Of a stretch of 64,000 bases of DNA, positions 47,548 through 58,320 are shown piece by piece. Every line of letters begins with the position of its first letter. Position 1 is the first letter of the stretch. The position numbers and the translations under genes are program-made. Location: NCBI GenBank assembly GCA_017442465.1, contig JAFRZQ010000175.1:4330-68329 (forward strand). Direction: 5' to 3'. The notes under the pieces were generated by a model, which was not told the DNA's origin, did no database searches, and saw nothing but the letters and a program-made list of their open reading frames with translations. The DNA comes from Anaerotignum sp. GTDB lineage: Bacteria > Bacillota > Clostridia > Lachnospirales > Anaerotignaceae.

Positions 47548-50500
47548 TTACCAGCCTGTTTTAGGCAGTTTACCGGGGTTACCGTACATCTTAATCGTCC
47601 AATGGCTGTTCGCTGTTACATACTGATCATGCCATCTGCCGGAAACGTCAGCATAGTTTGTAAACTGATAGCCATTCGTAAAGTTGCTGCCTGCTGTCAT
47701 CTGCATAGAAATCGCTTCTACCAGTTTAAAGCCGGGAGCTACAGAACCCTGGAATTCCATCTTAACCTGTGTTACATATTCGCCGCTTCTCAGGCCCATG
47801 TTACCTGCGTACAGGTCGATATGGTTATGTCTGTCGGAGGAATATGTACCGGGCAGGTATGTATAAGCTGTGTTCAGGTTAGTTGTGTAAGCAACTTTGA
47901 AGTTATATTTCTTACTCCACAGACCTGTATCGAAATACTTGATCTGAGCTGCTTTAGGATCGGGCAGTTTATCGTGTACTGTGAACTTATCAAGGGATAC
48001 ATTGGATTCATTGCCTACACCAGTGATGTAGTAATTGATCGTATCGCCCCAAGAGCAAGTCTTAGTATCGGAAGTCTTCTTGATACCAACCATCAGGTTA
48101 ATAGAAGGATCTTTCGCTACAACGGATACTACCTGACCTTCTTTCTTGATCGTTACTTTCAGAGGGTTAGGATTGATACCGTACCAATCGGGAGCCTGTA
48201 CCTCTTTCAGTGTATAAGTACCAACTTTCAACTTACTGGAGATAGCTGTACCATCTGCACCAGTTGTGATTCTATCTACTTCCACACCATCGGAATCCAG
48301 AATACTATATACCGCACCCGCCAGAGGAGTACCGCTATCCCAACCTGTGTTGTTGTTATAGTCCGCAGACAATTTTGTCAGCGCGATTCTACCCATCAGA
48401 GGTTTATTCGTCAGCTGAATGATAGTAGGTCTACCATTGCCCGTGATCTGGAAGTTATAAATCGTTGCATCGCGTTCATAGCCTTCAGGTGCTTTTTCTT
48501 CCTGCAGTGTATACCAACCTTCAGGCAGGTTGCTGATGTTGATGATACCGTTTTCGGATGTTTCGTATCTGCCGATGATCGTATGCAGACCGTTCACCAT
48601 TGTGTTCGCCGCATTTACACCTGCTGCCATAACAGTCTGGCTATAGATACCAGTACCATTATTCAGCGCAGCGATCACGTACACAGCACCTTTAACGGGT
48701 TTACCTGTTACAGCATCAGTTTTGATGATCTGAGATACACCCAGAGGATCGTTATAGATCGTTACTGTCTGGTTATTGCTTGCACCTTCAAGGTAAGGGT
48801 TTCTGCCGGAGGATACCTGGAAAGTTTTAGGCGCTGCAAGGTTATAGCCTGCAGGAGCTTTCATTTCTTTCGCGATATAGGTACCGTCAGTCAGGTTAGG
48901 CAGGTGGATCTGACCGGATCTATCAGTTTCAAATACACCTACTGTTGCCCCGTCGAATGTTGTGATCAGGAATTCACAGCCTTCAATGGGTCTATCTGTT
49001 GCGCTGTCCAGCTTCTGGATCACTACGCCGCCTTTTTTGCTGTTTTCAAATGTCACTGTTGTTACTTTGCCGGCACTTACCGTTACAGTCTGAGGGATGG
49101 AATTCAGAACATAACCAGCAGGTGCGGATGTTTCGGAAACAACGTATGTGCCACTTGCCAGACCGGAAACCATGATGTGACCATTGGAATCTGTTGTGTA
49201 TGTGCCAACTTTTTCACCGTTTACTTTTTCAACTTTGAATGTTGCACCCTGCAGAGGATTCTTTGTGTCAGCATCGATCTTGATGATTTCCAGACCGAGG
49301 ATCTTAGTATTTGTGAATGTTACGGATGTCTGTTCGCCGTCACGAACTACGATATCCTGTTTGTTGTTATCGATCTGGTAGCCTTCGGGGGCTTTTGTTT
49401 CCAGAATTTCGTATGTACCTTCTTCCAGTACAACATTGATAACACCATTGATATCTGTTGTGTATGTGCCGATCAGTTTACCTGCAGGAGTGCTGCTGGA
49501 AACGGATGTGCTTGTGGATGCGCCAGTCTGCCAGATCTGGAACTGTGCGCCTTTCAGAGGAAGACCTGTCTGGCTGTCTTTTTTGATGATCTGAACGCCT
49601 TTCAGTTCTTTGTTATAGAAATCCACTGTATAAGTACCTTCGTTATCGATCGTGATCGTCTTTGAATTTTCTTCGCTCAGTGCATATCCATCGGGTGCTT
49701 TTGTTTCAGTGATGATATATGTACCTTTTTCCAGTTTAGGCAGTGTAATTGTACCTTTTGCATCTGTTGTAAACAGGCCGTTGGAATTGCCTACTACTGT
49801 GCCGTCCATATGTTTCACTTCAAATGTAGCACCTGCCAGTGGATCTTTTGTCTTTTCATCGAACTTTCTGATTACCAGATTGCCCAGAGCTTCATTATAG
49901 AAGTCAACTTTGAAAGTACCTTTTGTATCCACTATCACTACCTGAGTAGGATTTTCGCTCAGTGCATAGCCTGCAGGAGCCTGAATTTCTGTTACTGTGT
50001 AAGTATCAGCCTTAATATCCCTCAGTGTGATCACACCACTTTCGTCTGTAGTGAATACACCATTGGAACCGCCGGGAACGATTGTGCCGTCAGAATAAGT
50101 AATTCTAAATGTTGCACCTGCCAGCAGTGCCTTTGTATCGGCGTCGAACTTACGGATCTGCAGATTTGCCAGTGCATCATTGTAGAAATCTACTGTGAAT
50201 ACACCTTCTGTATCTACCTTGATCGTCTGTGTGGGTGTATCACTGATCGCATAGCCTGTAGGGGCTTTGATTTCAGTCACTTTATAAGTGTCCTGTTTTA
50301 CACCAGTGATCATGATCACACCACTATTATTTGTTGTGAAGATACCGTTGGAATCACCAACTACTGTACCGTCGGAGTATGTTACTTTGAACTGTGCACC
50401 TGCCAGCAGTTCTTTTGTTTCGGAATCGAACTTACGGATCTGCAGGTTTGCCAGTTTTTCATTATAGAAATTTACTTTAAATACACCGTTTGTGCCTACT

Positions 50501-53500
50501 TCTACAGTCTGAATGGAGTTTTCACTCAGTGCATAGCCCGCAGGGGCAGATGTTTCGGTCACTTTATAAGTACCTTCTGCCAGACCGGGGATAGAAACAA
50601 CACCACTTGCGTCTGTTGTATAATTACCGATCAGTTTACCGCCAAATTCAACACGGAATGTTGCTCCTGCCAGAGGCGCTTTTGTTTCGTTGTCAAATTT
50701 GTAGATTTCCAGAGTACCCAGTTTTTTGTTATAGAAATCTACTGTATAAGTTTTACCTGTATCGTCGATTTCAATTTTCTGGGAAGGATTAGCACTTACT
50801 GCGTAACCTTTAGGTGCTTCTGTTTCTGTAATGATATATGTACCTTTATCCAGTTCAGGCAGTGTGATTGTACCGCCTGCATCTGTTGTGAAGATACCAT
50901 TTGCAGAACCAACTACTGTGCCATCGGCATCAGTGATCTTAAATGTAGCACCTTCCAGAAGGGCCTTTGTATCTGCGTCGAATTTTCTGATCTGCAGATT
51001 ACCCTTCTTATAGTTGTTGAATGTCTTAGTGATTGTAGAGCCGTCAGTACCAACTTCTACAGTCACAGGCTGTGTAGACAGAACATAGCCTTTAGGCGCT
51101 GCTGTTTCTGTAATTACATAAGAACCAGGAGCCAGATTGCCAATCAGGATATTACCGTTCGCATCTGTTTCAAATTCGCCGGAACCAACTGCCGCACCAG
51201 CGGATGTGGTTACTTTAAATCTTGCACCTTCCAGGGGCTGTCTGGAGATACCGTCTACTTTATTGATGGAGATCGCACCGTAAGGGTAGTTTCTGAAAAT
51301 CACTTCCACTACGCTTGTGCCGTCTGCTTTCAGGTTCACTGTCTGCAGATATGTTTCAGCGATCACATAGTTCTGGGGTGCTTTGATTTCTTTTACTGCA
51401 TAAGCACCTGCTTCAAGGCCAGTGATTACAACAACACCGGATTTATCCGTTGTTACTGTGCAGATCAGTTTGCCATTCTGACCGCTGGTTTCACCAGTTA
51501 TTCTATAAACCTCGAATGTTGCGCCATCCAGCATTTCACCTGTGTTCGCATCCGCTTTCTTAATAACCAGAGAGTTCAGAGGATAATTCACGATATCGCC
51601 AACTTTAGCATAGTCAGCGCCGCTTGTAATGCTCAGTTTTTTATTGGAAACTTCCTGATTATTGCTTGTTGTGCCATTAATTGTACCTGCATTACCTGTG
51701 CTGCCAACTGCGTTACCTGTAGACAGGTAGGAGTTATCACCAGCATCCAGATAAATTCGTGTTACAGGGTTTGTAGGTTTCTGATAGCCCTGTGCAGGAA
51801 TTGTTTCTGTAATGATATACCAACCAGGTTCAACATAAGGCAGTTTGATTCTGCCATCGGCATCTGTTTTGAATGTACCGATCGTCTTAATGCCGCCGCC
51901 TGCCTGTTCATACTCGATTTTGTATGTTGTGTTAGGGATACCTTTATTTGTTGTGGCATCTGTTTTCTGGATCAGCAGTGTGGGAAGCTTGATATTTTCG
52001 AACAGTAATGTCTTTGTATCGCCGCCCGCCAATTTCACACGCTGAGGTGTATCATTCAGGATGTAAGGATGAGGTGTAGAAATTTCTTTGATTTCATATG
52101 TACCTGCAGCCAGACCAGGCAGAGAAATCATACCCTCCTTATCTGTTGTTACTGTTGCAGGTTCTACGCTTGTATCGTCAACCAAACCTACGCTATATGT
52201 AACACCAGCAATAGGTTCTTTTGTAACTGCATCGACTTTCTTGATTGTCAGTTCAGGCAGTTTAATGTTATCAACTTTAACGATGATTTCACCGTCACCT
52301 GCTTTGGCCACGATCACACGATCAGGGCTTGTCTTATCGGAGAACATATAGCCGGGAGGAGGGTTCAGTTCAGTCACAACATATGTACCGGGAGCGATAT
52401 AGCCTGTTGTGAATTCACCGTTTTTATCTGTCATACCTTCAGCAACAGGTCTGGACAGATCAGACTGCTCATAAATAGCGAACTGTGCGCCTTCCAGTTT
52501 ATCACCTGTTTCTTCATCATATTTCTGAACGGTGATCTGAGGTGCTTCCAGATTCGCAAACATCAGGGATTTTGTATCGCCTGCGTTCAACTGGATATCC
52601 TGATGCTCACCAGACAGTACGTAAGGTTCAGGTACGAATACTTCTGTTACTGTGTATGTACCGGGTTTCAGGTAGCCAAGTTCGCTGCCTTTCATACCGA
52701 TCGTAACTGTACCATCTTTGCCTGTTTCTACTGTGCCGATCTTTGTACCATCGGTTTTCTTCACTTCGAACTTTGTACCGGGTACGGGATCACCTGTCTG
52801 TTTATCGATCTTTTCGATTGTCAGTACAGGTGCTTTCAGGTTATAAGCCACATACTGGATACTCTTATCTTTACCCAGATAAACTGTACCAGGGCAAGAA
52901 TCCACTACATAACCTTCGGGGGCTGCCAGTTCTGTAATTTTATAAGAGCCTACAGGCAGGTTCTTCAGATTAACTGTGCCACCTTTTGTTTCGACTGTTG
53001 TTGCATAGTCACCATCGATCTGTTCCACTTTGAATGTTGCAGGATCGCTGATGGATTCGCCTGTCTGTTTATCGACTTTTGTGATTGTTAGACCGGGGAA
53101 TTTGGAGTTTGTGAATTTCAGGCTGGGAGCCTGACCATTTCTTACTGTTACATACTGGGGTGTAGGATCAAGGATATAACCTTCAACAGTGGATATCTCG
53201 CGAACCATGTAAGTACCATCTGTTACATCGTCCCATTCGATCTTACCACTGCCGTCTGTTTTGCCTGTTGCTCTCCATGCACCCTTACCGTCGATCTGTA
53301 CGATTTCATACTGTACACCGGAAACAGGTTTGCCTGTTTCAGCATCTTCTTTTTCCATTGTTACAGTCTGATCGGGATAGTCGCGGAATGTAGCTGTTAC
53401 TTTTTCATCATCGGGTACAGTAATTACGATTGTTGTAGGCTCTGTCAGCTGATAACTGTCACCGGAGTCACGTTCAACGATCGTATATGTGCCTTCGCCG

Positions 53501-54828
53501 GGGATATTAGGTAACCATTTACCACTGCTGTTTGTTGTGCCTGTATCGATCAGCTGACCTCTGGAGTTATAACAGTCGAAGGTCACACCCGCCAGAGGAG
53601 TGGCATTATCCCTTGCATCCAGTTTAAGTACAACTAAATCACCACTGCCAGTTGATGTATCTGGTGTATCAGGCGTTTCAGGAATACCTTCATCAGGTAC
53701 ATACTCCTGATTAATCGCAAAACCGTCATAAGGATTATCCCAATGATTCCCTGCCAGAACATAACTCTGTGCGGCATCCTTGGTACTTCTACCATACAGC
53801 AATACTTTCTTCATCTGCTGGGCATATAGTCTTAAATCCACCTGTGTACCTGCTTCACCAGGATCGGGAATGATCACTGTTACTTCTTCCGTACCTGCCG
53901 GCAGGACAAATCTTGCGTTTCCAGAAGATGTAGTGATCGTTTCAAATTCATCACCATTTTCATCCACGATTGTCAGTCCGGGAGGGAATGCACCACCGTT
54001 CAGATTTTCGATATACATTTCGGAATTAGGTACATTGTTGTCTGTGTTCCCAATCGTATATACTACTTCATAATTACTGCCGGATTTTTTAGGTTCACCA
54101 GCAGTGAAAGTAACGTCACTCAGTCCGTCATGTGGAGTATGGCTACCAGCTTTGTTATAAATGCTTCTTGTTGCAGCCAGGACTTTATTCTTCAATACTG
54201 CAGAATAACCACTCAGACCATCATTTACACTCCAGGAATTGATACTATAGCTTGTATGAATACCAGACCAAATGGCCATTTTGGTTGCTAGGTATGCACC
54301 GTATTCCAATTCATCCTGGTCTACGCCATAAGAAGCTGCTGTACCTTCCAACAATGTTTCCGCAGAGACTGTAGGATAGCCATAGTTTACAGCCCCTTCC
54401 AGAAATGCAGAAATTGTATTTCCAGCAGTAGATTTATCGCCTGCTCTTTTGCCGGAACCGCCGGAACCGCCAGCGTCTACAATACAGTCATTATCAAATT
54501 TTTCAATGTCTACACCATAGTCAGCTGTATCGCCATAACCAGGATAAGCAGGGTTGATGCAATATGCCTGATAAACTGTACTGTTTGCTGGGTTTGTCCA
54601 GGATACCTGCATAGGAACAAAGTTATCATAGTCTACTACACCATTGAATTTCAGATACGGAATACGAGTATTTGTATCTTTCGTCAATTTCTGATTCGAA
54701 TGATAAACAGTTCCGATGGTCATAATTCCTTCATTTGATGCCGCAGCTGCTGCAGGCAACAAAGAAGTAAGCATCACCAGTGACATAGCCCAGCCAAAGA
54801 AACGCTTAGTGAATATCTTTTTCATCAC
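47548..54828 (-). CDS. Giant thioester/isopeptide adhesin (TED plus ~20 SpaA/CnaB repeats), ends LPKTGW
   Basis: Signal peptide; QAYCIN, ATKMAIW; repeated KxD...LxGAxF...GTYxxxExxAPxGY...FxN units. Confidence 0.9.
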   Translation of the reverse strand: MMKKIFTKRFFGWAMSLVMLTSLLPAAAAASNEGIMTIGTVYHSNQKLTKDTNTRIPYLKFNGVVDYDNFVPMQVSWTNPANSTVYQAYCINPAYPGYGDTADYGVDIEKFDNDCIVDAGGSGGSGKRAGDKSTAGNTISAFLEGAVNYGYPTVSAETLLEGTAASYGVDQDELEYGAYLATKMAIWSGIHTSYSINSWSVNDGLSGYSAVLKNKVLAATRSIYNKAGSHTPHDGLSDVTFTAGEPKKSGSNYEVVYTIGNTDNNVPNSEMYIENLNGGAFPPGLTIVDENGDEFETITTSSGNARFVLPAGTEEVTVIIPDPGEAGTQVDLRLYAQQMKKVLLYGRSTKDAAQSYVLAGNHWDNPYDGFAINQEYVPDEGIPETPDTPDTSTGSGDLVVLKLDARDNATPLAGVTFDCYNSRGQLIDTGTTNSSGKWLPNIPGEGTYTIVERDSGDSYQLTEPTTIVITVPDDEKVTATFRDYPDQTVTMEKEDAETGKPVSGVQYEIVQIDGKGAWRATGKTDGSGKIEWDDVTDGTYMVREISTVEGYILDPTPQYVTVRNGQAPSLKFTNSKFPGLTITKVDKQTGESISDPATFKVEQIDGDYATTVETKGGTVNLKNLPVGSYKITELAAPEGYVVDSCPGTVYLGKDKSIQYVAYNLKAPVLTIEKIDKQTGDPVPGTKFEVKKTDGTKIGTVETGKDGTVTIGMKGSELGYLKPGTYTVTEVFVPEPYVLSGEHQDIQLNAGDTKSLMFANLEAPQITVQKYDEETGDKLEGAQFAIYEQSDLSRPVAEGMTDKNGEFTTGYIAPGTYVVTELNPPPGYMFSDKTSPDRVIVAKAGDGEIIVKVDNIKLPELTIKKVDAVTKEPIAGVTYSVGLVDDTSVEPATVTTDKEGMISLPGLAAGTYEIKEISTPHPYILNDTPQRVKLAGGDTKTLLFENIKLPTLLIQKTDATTNKGIPNTTYKIEYEQAGGGIKTIGTFKTDADGRIKLPYVEPGWYIITETIPAQGYQKPTNPVTRIYLDAGDNSYLSTGNAVGSTGNAGTINGTTSNNQEVSNKKLSITSGADYAKVGDIVNYPLNSLVIKKADANTGEMLDGATFEVYRITGETSGQNGKLICTVTTDKSGVVVITGLEAGAYAVKEIKAPQNYVIAETYLQTVNLKADGTSVVEVIFRNYPYGAISINKVDGISRQPLEGARFKVTTSAGAAVGSGEFETDANGNILIGNLAPGSYVITETAAPKGYVLSTQPVTVEVGTDGSTITKTFNNYKKGNLQIRKFDADTKALLEGATFKITDADGTVVGSANGIFTTDAGGTITLPELDKGTYIITETEAPKGYAVSANPSQKIEIDDTGKTYTVDFYNKKLGTLEIYKFDNETKAPLAGATFRVEFGGKLIGNYTTDASGVVSIPGLAEGTYKVTETSAPAGYALSENSIQTVEVGTNGVFKVNFYNEKLANLQIRKFDSETKELLAGAQFKVTYSDGTVVGDSNGIFTTNNSGVIMITGVKQDTYKVTEIKAPTGYAISDTPTQTIKVDTEGVFTVDFYNDALANLQIRKFDADTKALLAGATFRITYSDGTIVPGGSNGVFTTDESGVITLRDIKADTYTVTEIQAPAGYALSENPTQVVIVDTKGTFKVDFYNEALGNLVIRKFDEKTKDPLAGATFEVKHMDGTVVGNSNGLFTTDAKGTITLPKLEKGTYIITETKAPDGYALSEENSKTITIDNEGTYTVDFYNKELKGVQIIKKDSQTGLPLKGAQFQIWQTGASTSTSVSSSTPAGKLIGTYTTDINGVINVVLEEGTYEILETKAPEGYQIDNNKQDIVVRDGEQTSVTFTNTKILGLEIIKIDADTKNPLQGATFKVEKVNGEKVGTYTTDSNGHIMVSGLASGTYVVSETSAPAGYVLNSIPQTVTVSAGKVTTVTFENSKKGGVVIQKLDSATDRPIEGCEFLITTFDGATVGVFETDRSGQIHLPNLTDGTYIAKEMKAPAGYNLAAPKTFQVSSGRNPYLEGASNNQTVTIYNDPLGVSQIIKTDAVTGKPVKGAVYVIAALNNGTGIYSQTVMAAGVNAANTMVNGLHTIIGRYETSENGIINISNLPEGWYTLQEEKAPEGYERDATIYNFQITGNGRPTIIQLTNKPLMGRIALTKLSADYNNNTGWDSGTPLAGAVYSILDSDGVEVDRITTGADGTAISSKLKVGTYTLKEVQAPDWYGINPNPLKVTIKKEGQVVSVVAKDPSINLMVGIKKTSDTKTCSWGDTINYYITGVGNESNVSLDKFTVHDKLPDPKAAQIKYFDTGLWSKKYNFKVAYTTNLNTAYTYLPGTYSSDRHNHIDLYAGNMGLRSGEYVTQVKMEFQGSVAPGFKLVEAISMQMTAGSNFTNGYQFTNYADVSGRWHDQYVTANSHWTIKMYGNPGKLPKTGW

Positions 54829-54967
54829 GTATTCTCCTTTCTTTTTATTGTGTTACTTTCTTTCACTTTCCATTTACTTCTTTTCCTCTTCCCCCCTTCT
54901 CCGACTGAATAAAGGCAACAAAAAAAGCAGTCCGAGTTTTTTCGTCTGCTTTTTTGTAGTTCATTAT

Positions 54968-55576
54968 TTATTTTTCTTTTTTTAAGCATTCTTTGAATAT
55001 AATTTTCAAAAAATCTAATACACCACCAGAAGCCTGTATCGTTGCTACCATCAGATTATCTGGATCAATCTGATCAAAATCCATAGAATATCCAATTTTA
55101 TTGGAAAGAAGTCTGAAAAATAACCGTTGGCATCTTCCATTTCCTTCTCTAAATGGATGTAAGTAATTTATACTATTATACAAGTCTGCTAATTCTTCAA
55201 TTAATTCATCATAGGGCAAATCAGAAAAATAATTTGCTTTCTGCAAATACTTAAATATGTTCTCCCCTGTCTCTTGTATTTGTTCTGTAGAACAAAAGCT
55301 AGTCTGCTTTTTGCTAATATTTATTGTACGGACTGTTCCAGCCCATTCATAAATATCTTCGAAAAGTATTCTGTGCAAATCTTTATAAAATTCAAAATCA
55401 AAATCTGCATCCGATCTAAAAGATAATTCTATCTCTGCTGATTTTACTGAAACAATCATCGTTTCTATTTCATCCAAATGGTTTTGATTCTTAATGCCCA
55501 GTTTATTGATCAATACCGTTGTTCCAGGGTAGCAATCTTTTGTTGTTGATTCCACGCTATAACTAATATCAATCAC
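54968..55576 (-). CDS. fic: Fic-family toxin (AMPylase)
   Basis: CYPGTTVLINKLGI; HPFREGNGRCQR; GTGA overlap with the antitoxin. Confidence 0.92.
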   Translation of the reverse strand: MIDISYSVESTTKDCYPGTTVLINKLGIKNQNHLDEIETMIVSVKSAEIELSFRSDADFDFEFYKDLHRILFEDIYEWAGTVRTINISKKQTSFCSTEQIQETGENIFKYLQKANYFSDLPYDELIEELADLYNSINYLHPFREGNGRCQRLFFRLLSNKIGYSMDFDQIDPDNLMVATIQASGGVLDFLKIIFKECLKKEK

Positions 55577-55758
55577 TCCTGTACATTCGAATACTTCATA
55601 TTGATTTCCGCAATACAATCCGCTAAACTTTTTCTTCCTGTCAGAACATCCATACATTGCGTTCTCATCTGTGGAGAGAAAGTATATCCTTCCATTCTTG
55701 CGGACATGGCTGCATTATCTAAGGATTTTTCCAATTTATTTTTGTATTCATCCGTCAT
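55573..55758 (-). CDS. VbhA/FicA-family antitoxin
   Basis: SARMEG matches the (S/T)xxxE(G/N) inhibitory motif; own TGGTATAAT promoter near 55794-55802. Confidence 0.85.
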   Translation of the reverse strand: MTDEYKNKLEKSLDNAAMSARMEGYTFSPQMRTQCMDVLTGRKSLADCIAEINMKYSNVQE

Positions 55759-55870
55759 ATCAACAGCCTCCTCTGCACATTATGTTTGTTTCATTATACC
55801 ACACATCTTGAAGATGCACGATAAATTTTGAAGGAATCCTAAATAATGATGCCACATCTACTGTAGATTG

Positions 55871-57097
55871 TTATTTTACGATTACATAACCGATAAAGGA
55901 CTGTCTTACGATAAAGTCATCAAAAGCCAACACTTGCACTTTACCATCTTGATTGGGATTATAAGTGCCATTTCTCTGCATATTGCCCTCTGTGAAATAT
56001 ACTGTTTTAGGATTACCTTCTTCATCAAAGTCCACCCATTCCACAAACAATGCATGGCCTCTAAATACAGCAATACAACCTGCTTCGATGTCATATTTAT
56101 TTGTTGTGCCATCTAAATCGGGAGATTTTCCACTCTGTGCTTTTTCAACCCATTTATCAACGCCATCTCCCCATAAAGGCTGCAAATTTAAACCTGTTGT
56201 TTCCATCAGTCTGCCTTCGGCATACCATGTACACTGACCAACATGACTTTCCGGATATAAAGTATATGGCTTTGTCAAATTATTCATATTCGCTTTACCA
56301 TTACTCAAATATGCACCTTTATCTTCATCCTTCAGGATATTCGCCAGAATTTCACCCTCTTTGGGAGCAAACGTCATAACACCAGTTGCTTCGAATTTAT
56401 CTTCTTTTTCAACCACGGGTTCTTTTTTTTCATCCTCGTCTACTACTTCTTCCTTATCAGGTTTTTCTATAGGCGTTTTGCCACCGCGAATGTCGTTAAA
56501 AATCTGCTGCAGATCTGTTGTTGTTTTCTTTACATCGATCACTTTTGTATCGTTGTTCCAAACAACTTCAATACCATTGTGTATGCTCATATAGGGAGCT
56601 TTTGCATATTCGCCTTTTGCCTCAAATTCAACTGTTTCCAGTGCAACATCCAGCTGAGTATCCGCTGCATTTGCAAAATCTGCCAGCTTAAAATAATATC
56701 TACCATTCAGTAAGAAACATTCTGCTTTTGAAACCCAACCGTCATAAATCAAATTCCCTTCTACTACTTTTACCTTCGCTGTCTGCTGCGTCAGTTTTTC
56801 AGGTGTTGCAGTAGATGTAGGTGCCTGGTAAGGGTGTACCATAATACCAGTATCACCATTTTGGATCGCACCTACTGCCATTCCTAAGTTATTTGTAATA
56901 TCTCTGGCTCTTACATAGTTATAGCCATCGATATTATAACACTGAATCGTCTGCACCTTCCCATCGTTGAATCGAACCTGTGCATTATTTAAGGTTGCTG
57001 TTTTTGTATCAGAAGCACCATAAACTGTAATACCGCCAACTGCTGTCAACGCCATGAGCGCTGCCAATGCCGCTGTAGCCATTTTTTTCTTCTTCAT
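55871..57097 (-). CDS. Secreted protein: copper-amine-oxidase-N-like domains plus CHAP amidase
   Basis: YNIDGYNYVRARDI, YYFKLAD; GQCTWYA, GHALFVE, TEGN. Confidence 0.8.
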   Translation of the reverse strand: MKKKKMATAALAALMALTAVGGITVYGASDTKTATLNNAQVRFNDGKVQTIQCYNIDGYNYVRARDITNNLGMAVGAIQNGDTGIMVHPYQAPTSTATPEKLTQQTAKVKVVEGNLIYDGWVSKAECFLLNGRYYFKLADFANAADTQLDVALETVEFEAKGEYAKAPYMSIHNGIEVVWNNDTKVIDVKKTTTDLQQIFNDIRGGKTPIEKPDKEEVVDEDEKKEPVVEKEDKFEATGVMTFAPKEGEILANILKDEDKGAYLSNGKANMNNLTKPYTLYPESHVGQCTWYAEGRLMETTGLNLQPLWGDGVDKWVEKAQSGKSPDLDGTTNKYDIEAGCIAVFRGHALFVEWVDFDEEGNPKTVYFTEGNMQRNGTYNPNQDGKVQVLAFDDFIVRQSFIGYVIVK

Positions 57098-57202
57098 TTC
57101 TTCTCAGCTCCTTTCTGTTCTATTACTCTGTATTTTATCACAGTCAAAATACCGAATTGGGGATTTGGAAAAAAATATTTTTTTCAGCCCTCCCCCACGG
57201 AT

Positions 57203-57358
57203 TCATATAGGACAAAATAACGTACCATTTGCAATCGCCAAAAGCACCAATCTAAACACATACATAATAAGAATGAGAGCTAAAATCCCGAGCAATGCCA
57301 TTGCTGCATCGGAAAAAGATGCTCCCTTTTCATCCGAGATTTTAATTTTTTCTCTCAT
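57203..57358 (-). CDS. 51-aa single-TM protein with Flp-prepilin-like N-terminus (not in ORF track)
   Basis: ATGA overlap with upstream gene; MREKIKISDEKGASFSDAAMALLGILALILIMYVFRLVLLAIANGTLFCPI. Confidence 0.55.
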   Translation of the reverse strand: MREKIKISDEKGASFSDAAMALLGILALILIMYVFRLVLLAIANGTLFCPI

Positions 57359-57804
57359 TCAAATCCACCTTTCGTTTTTGGATAAGCAACAAATATATTA
57401 TCTGATGTTCCCTTCTTATTGAACTGTACTGCCGGATGCAAGTGAAAATTCTGCTGGATTTCCTCCAACTCTTCTTCGGGAAATGTATCGTCAATCCGTA
57501 GATAGTATTCTGCCGTCATAAACGAATTCCGTTCATAATATATTTTCACTACAAACAATGCAGCAACACATAGCAGAAATATGATCATAGATCTATGGGA
57601 AATAAGCCTTGATGCCACCATTGACACAAATGTGTCTAACAGAAGAATCAACGACAATATCCCAATAATCACTTCCGCTGCAATTACGCAATACAGAAAT
57701 CTATTTTTGCCTTCCAATTGTCCTTTGAACCGTTTCGCCAAGCGATAATCTATCACCTGACACCCTTGAAAAGAGTTCAAATAGTCTATGCCATTTATTT
57801 TCAT
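57355..57804 (-). CDS. Two-TM membrane protein (paralogue A)
   Basis: YLNSFQGCQVIDY; two TMs. Confidence 0.65.
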   Translation of the reverse strand: MKINGIDYLNSFQGCQVIDYRLAKRFKGQLEGKNRFLYCVIAAEVIIGILSLILLLDTFVSMVASRLISHRSMIIFLLCVAALFVVKIYYERNSFMTAEYYLRIDDTFPEEELEEIQQNFHLHPAVQFNKKGTSDNIFVAYPKTKGGFE

Positions 57805-58214
57805 GTTCTCTCTCTTCTCTTTTTCTCCATAGCAATCCAAGTACCATCTGCACCATATTCCTGCATTTTATACTTTTCTTTGATCCAATACTGATCAATT
57901 TCATCAACTATACCCGTGTACCGGATGATACAGCACTCTTGGAACTCTGCGACTTTTTTCTCTTTTGTAATTCTGGCAATTACATCCATCATCAGGATAA
58001 AAACGCCGAGTGCTATGTATTGCAGCAGTACTGATGTATGATCAATCTCATATCGAAGCATGGTATAGGCCTTTTCCAGTGTCAAACACATTAAAACGAC
58101 CATCAGAAGCGTTGGAATATAAGAAAGAAAAAAATAAAGGAACTTGCCTTTCGCAGTCCCTTTGTGATATTCAATGACCTCACAGCCGTTGATATATTCG
58201 AAAAAATCTCTCAT
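57801..58214 (-). CDS. Two-TM membrane protein (paralogue B)
   Basis: YINGCEVIEY; two TMs; GGAAGG RBS. Confidence 0.65.
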   Translation of the reverse strand: MRDFFEYINGCEVIEYHKGTAKGKFLYFFLSYIPTLLMVVLMCLTLEKAYTMLRYEIDHTSVLLQYIALGVFILMMDVIARITKEKKVAEFQECCIIRYTGIVDEIDQYWIKEKYKMQEYGADGTWIAMEKKRRERT

Positions 58215-58232
58215 TGAAACACTTCCTTCCCA

Positions 58233-58259
58233 GACTTTGGTAAACGGTTTACCAAAGTC
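58233..58259. repeat. 27-bp palindrome family, copy 2
   Basis: GACTTTGGTAAAC-g-GTTTACCAAAGTC, perfect arms. Confidence 0.85.
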
Positions 58260-58320
58260 CCTACATATAGGCTGCCGGAATGGTCCATGACTTAGGAACC
58301 GATTCTTAAAATCGTAATGC

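Noticed and set aside
47602-53091. Long plus-strand ORFs (687, 732, 340 aa)
   Set aside because: Antisense shadows of the codon-biased repetitive adhesin; Cys/Phe-rich, no RBS or motifs.
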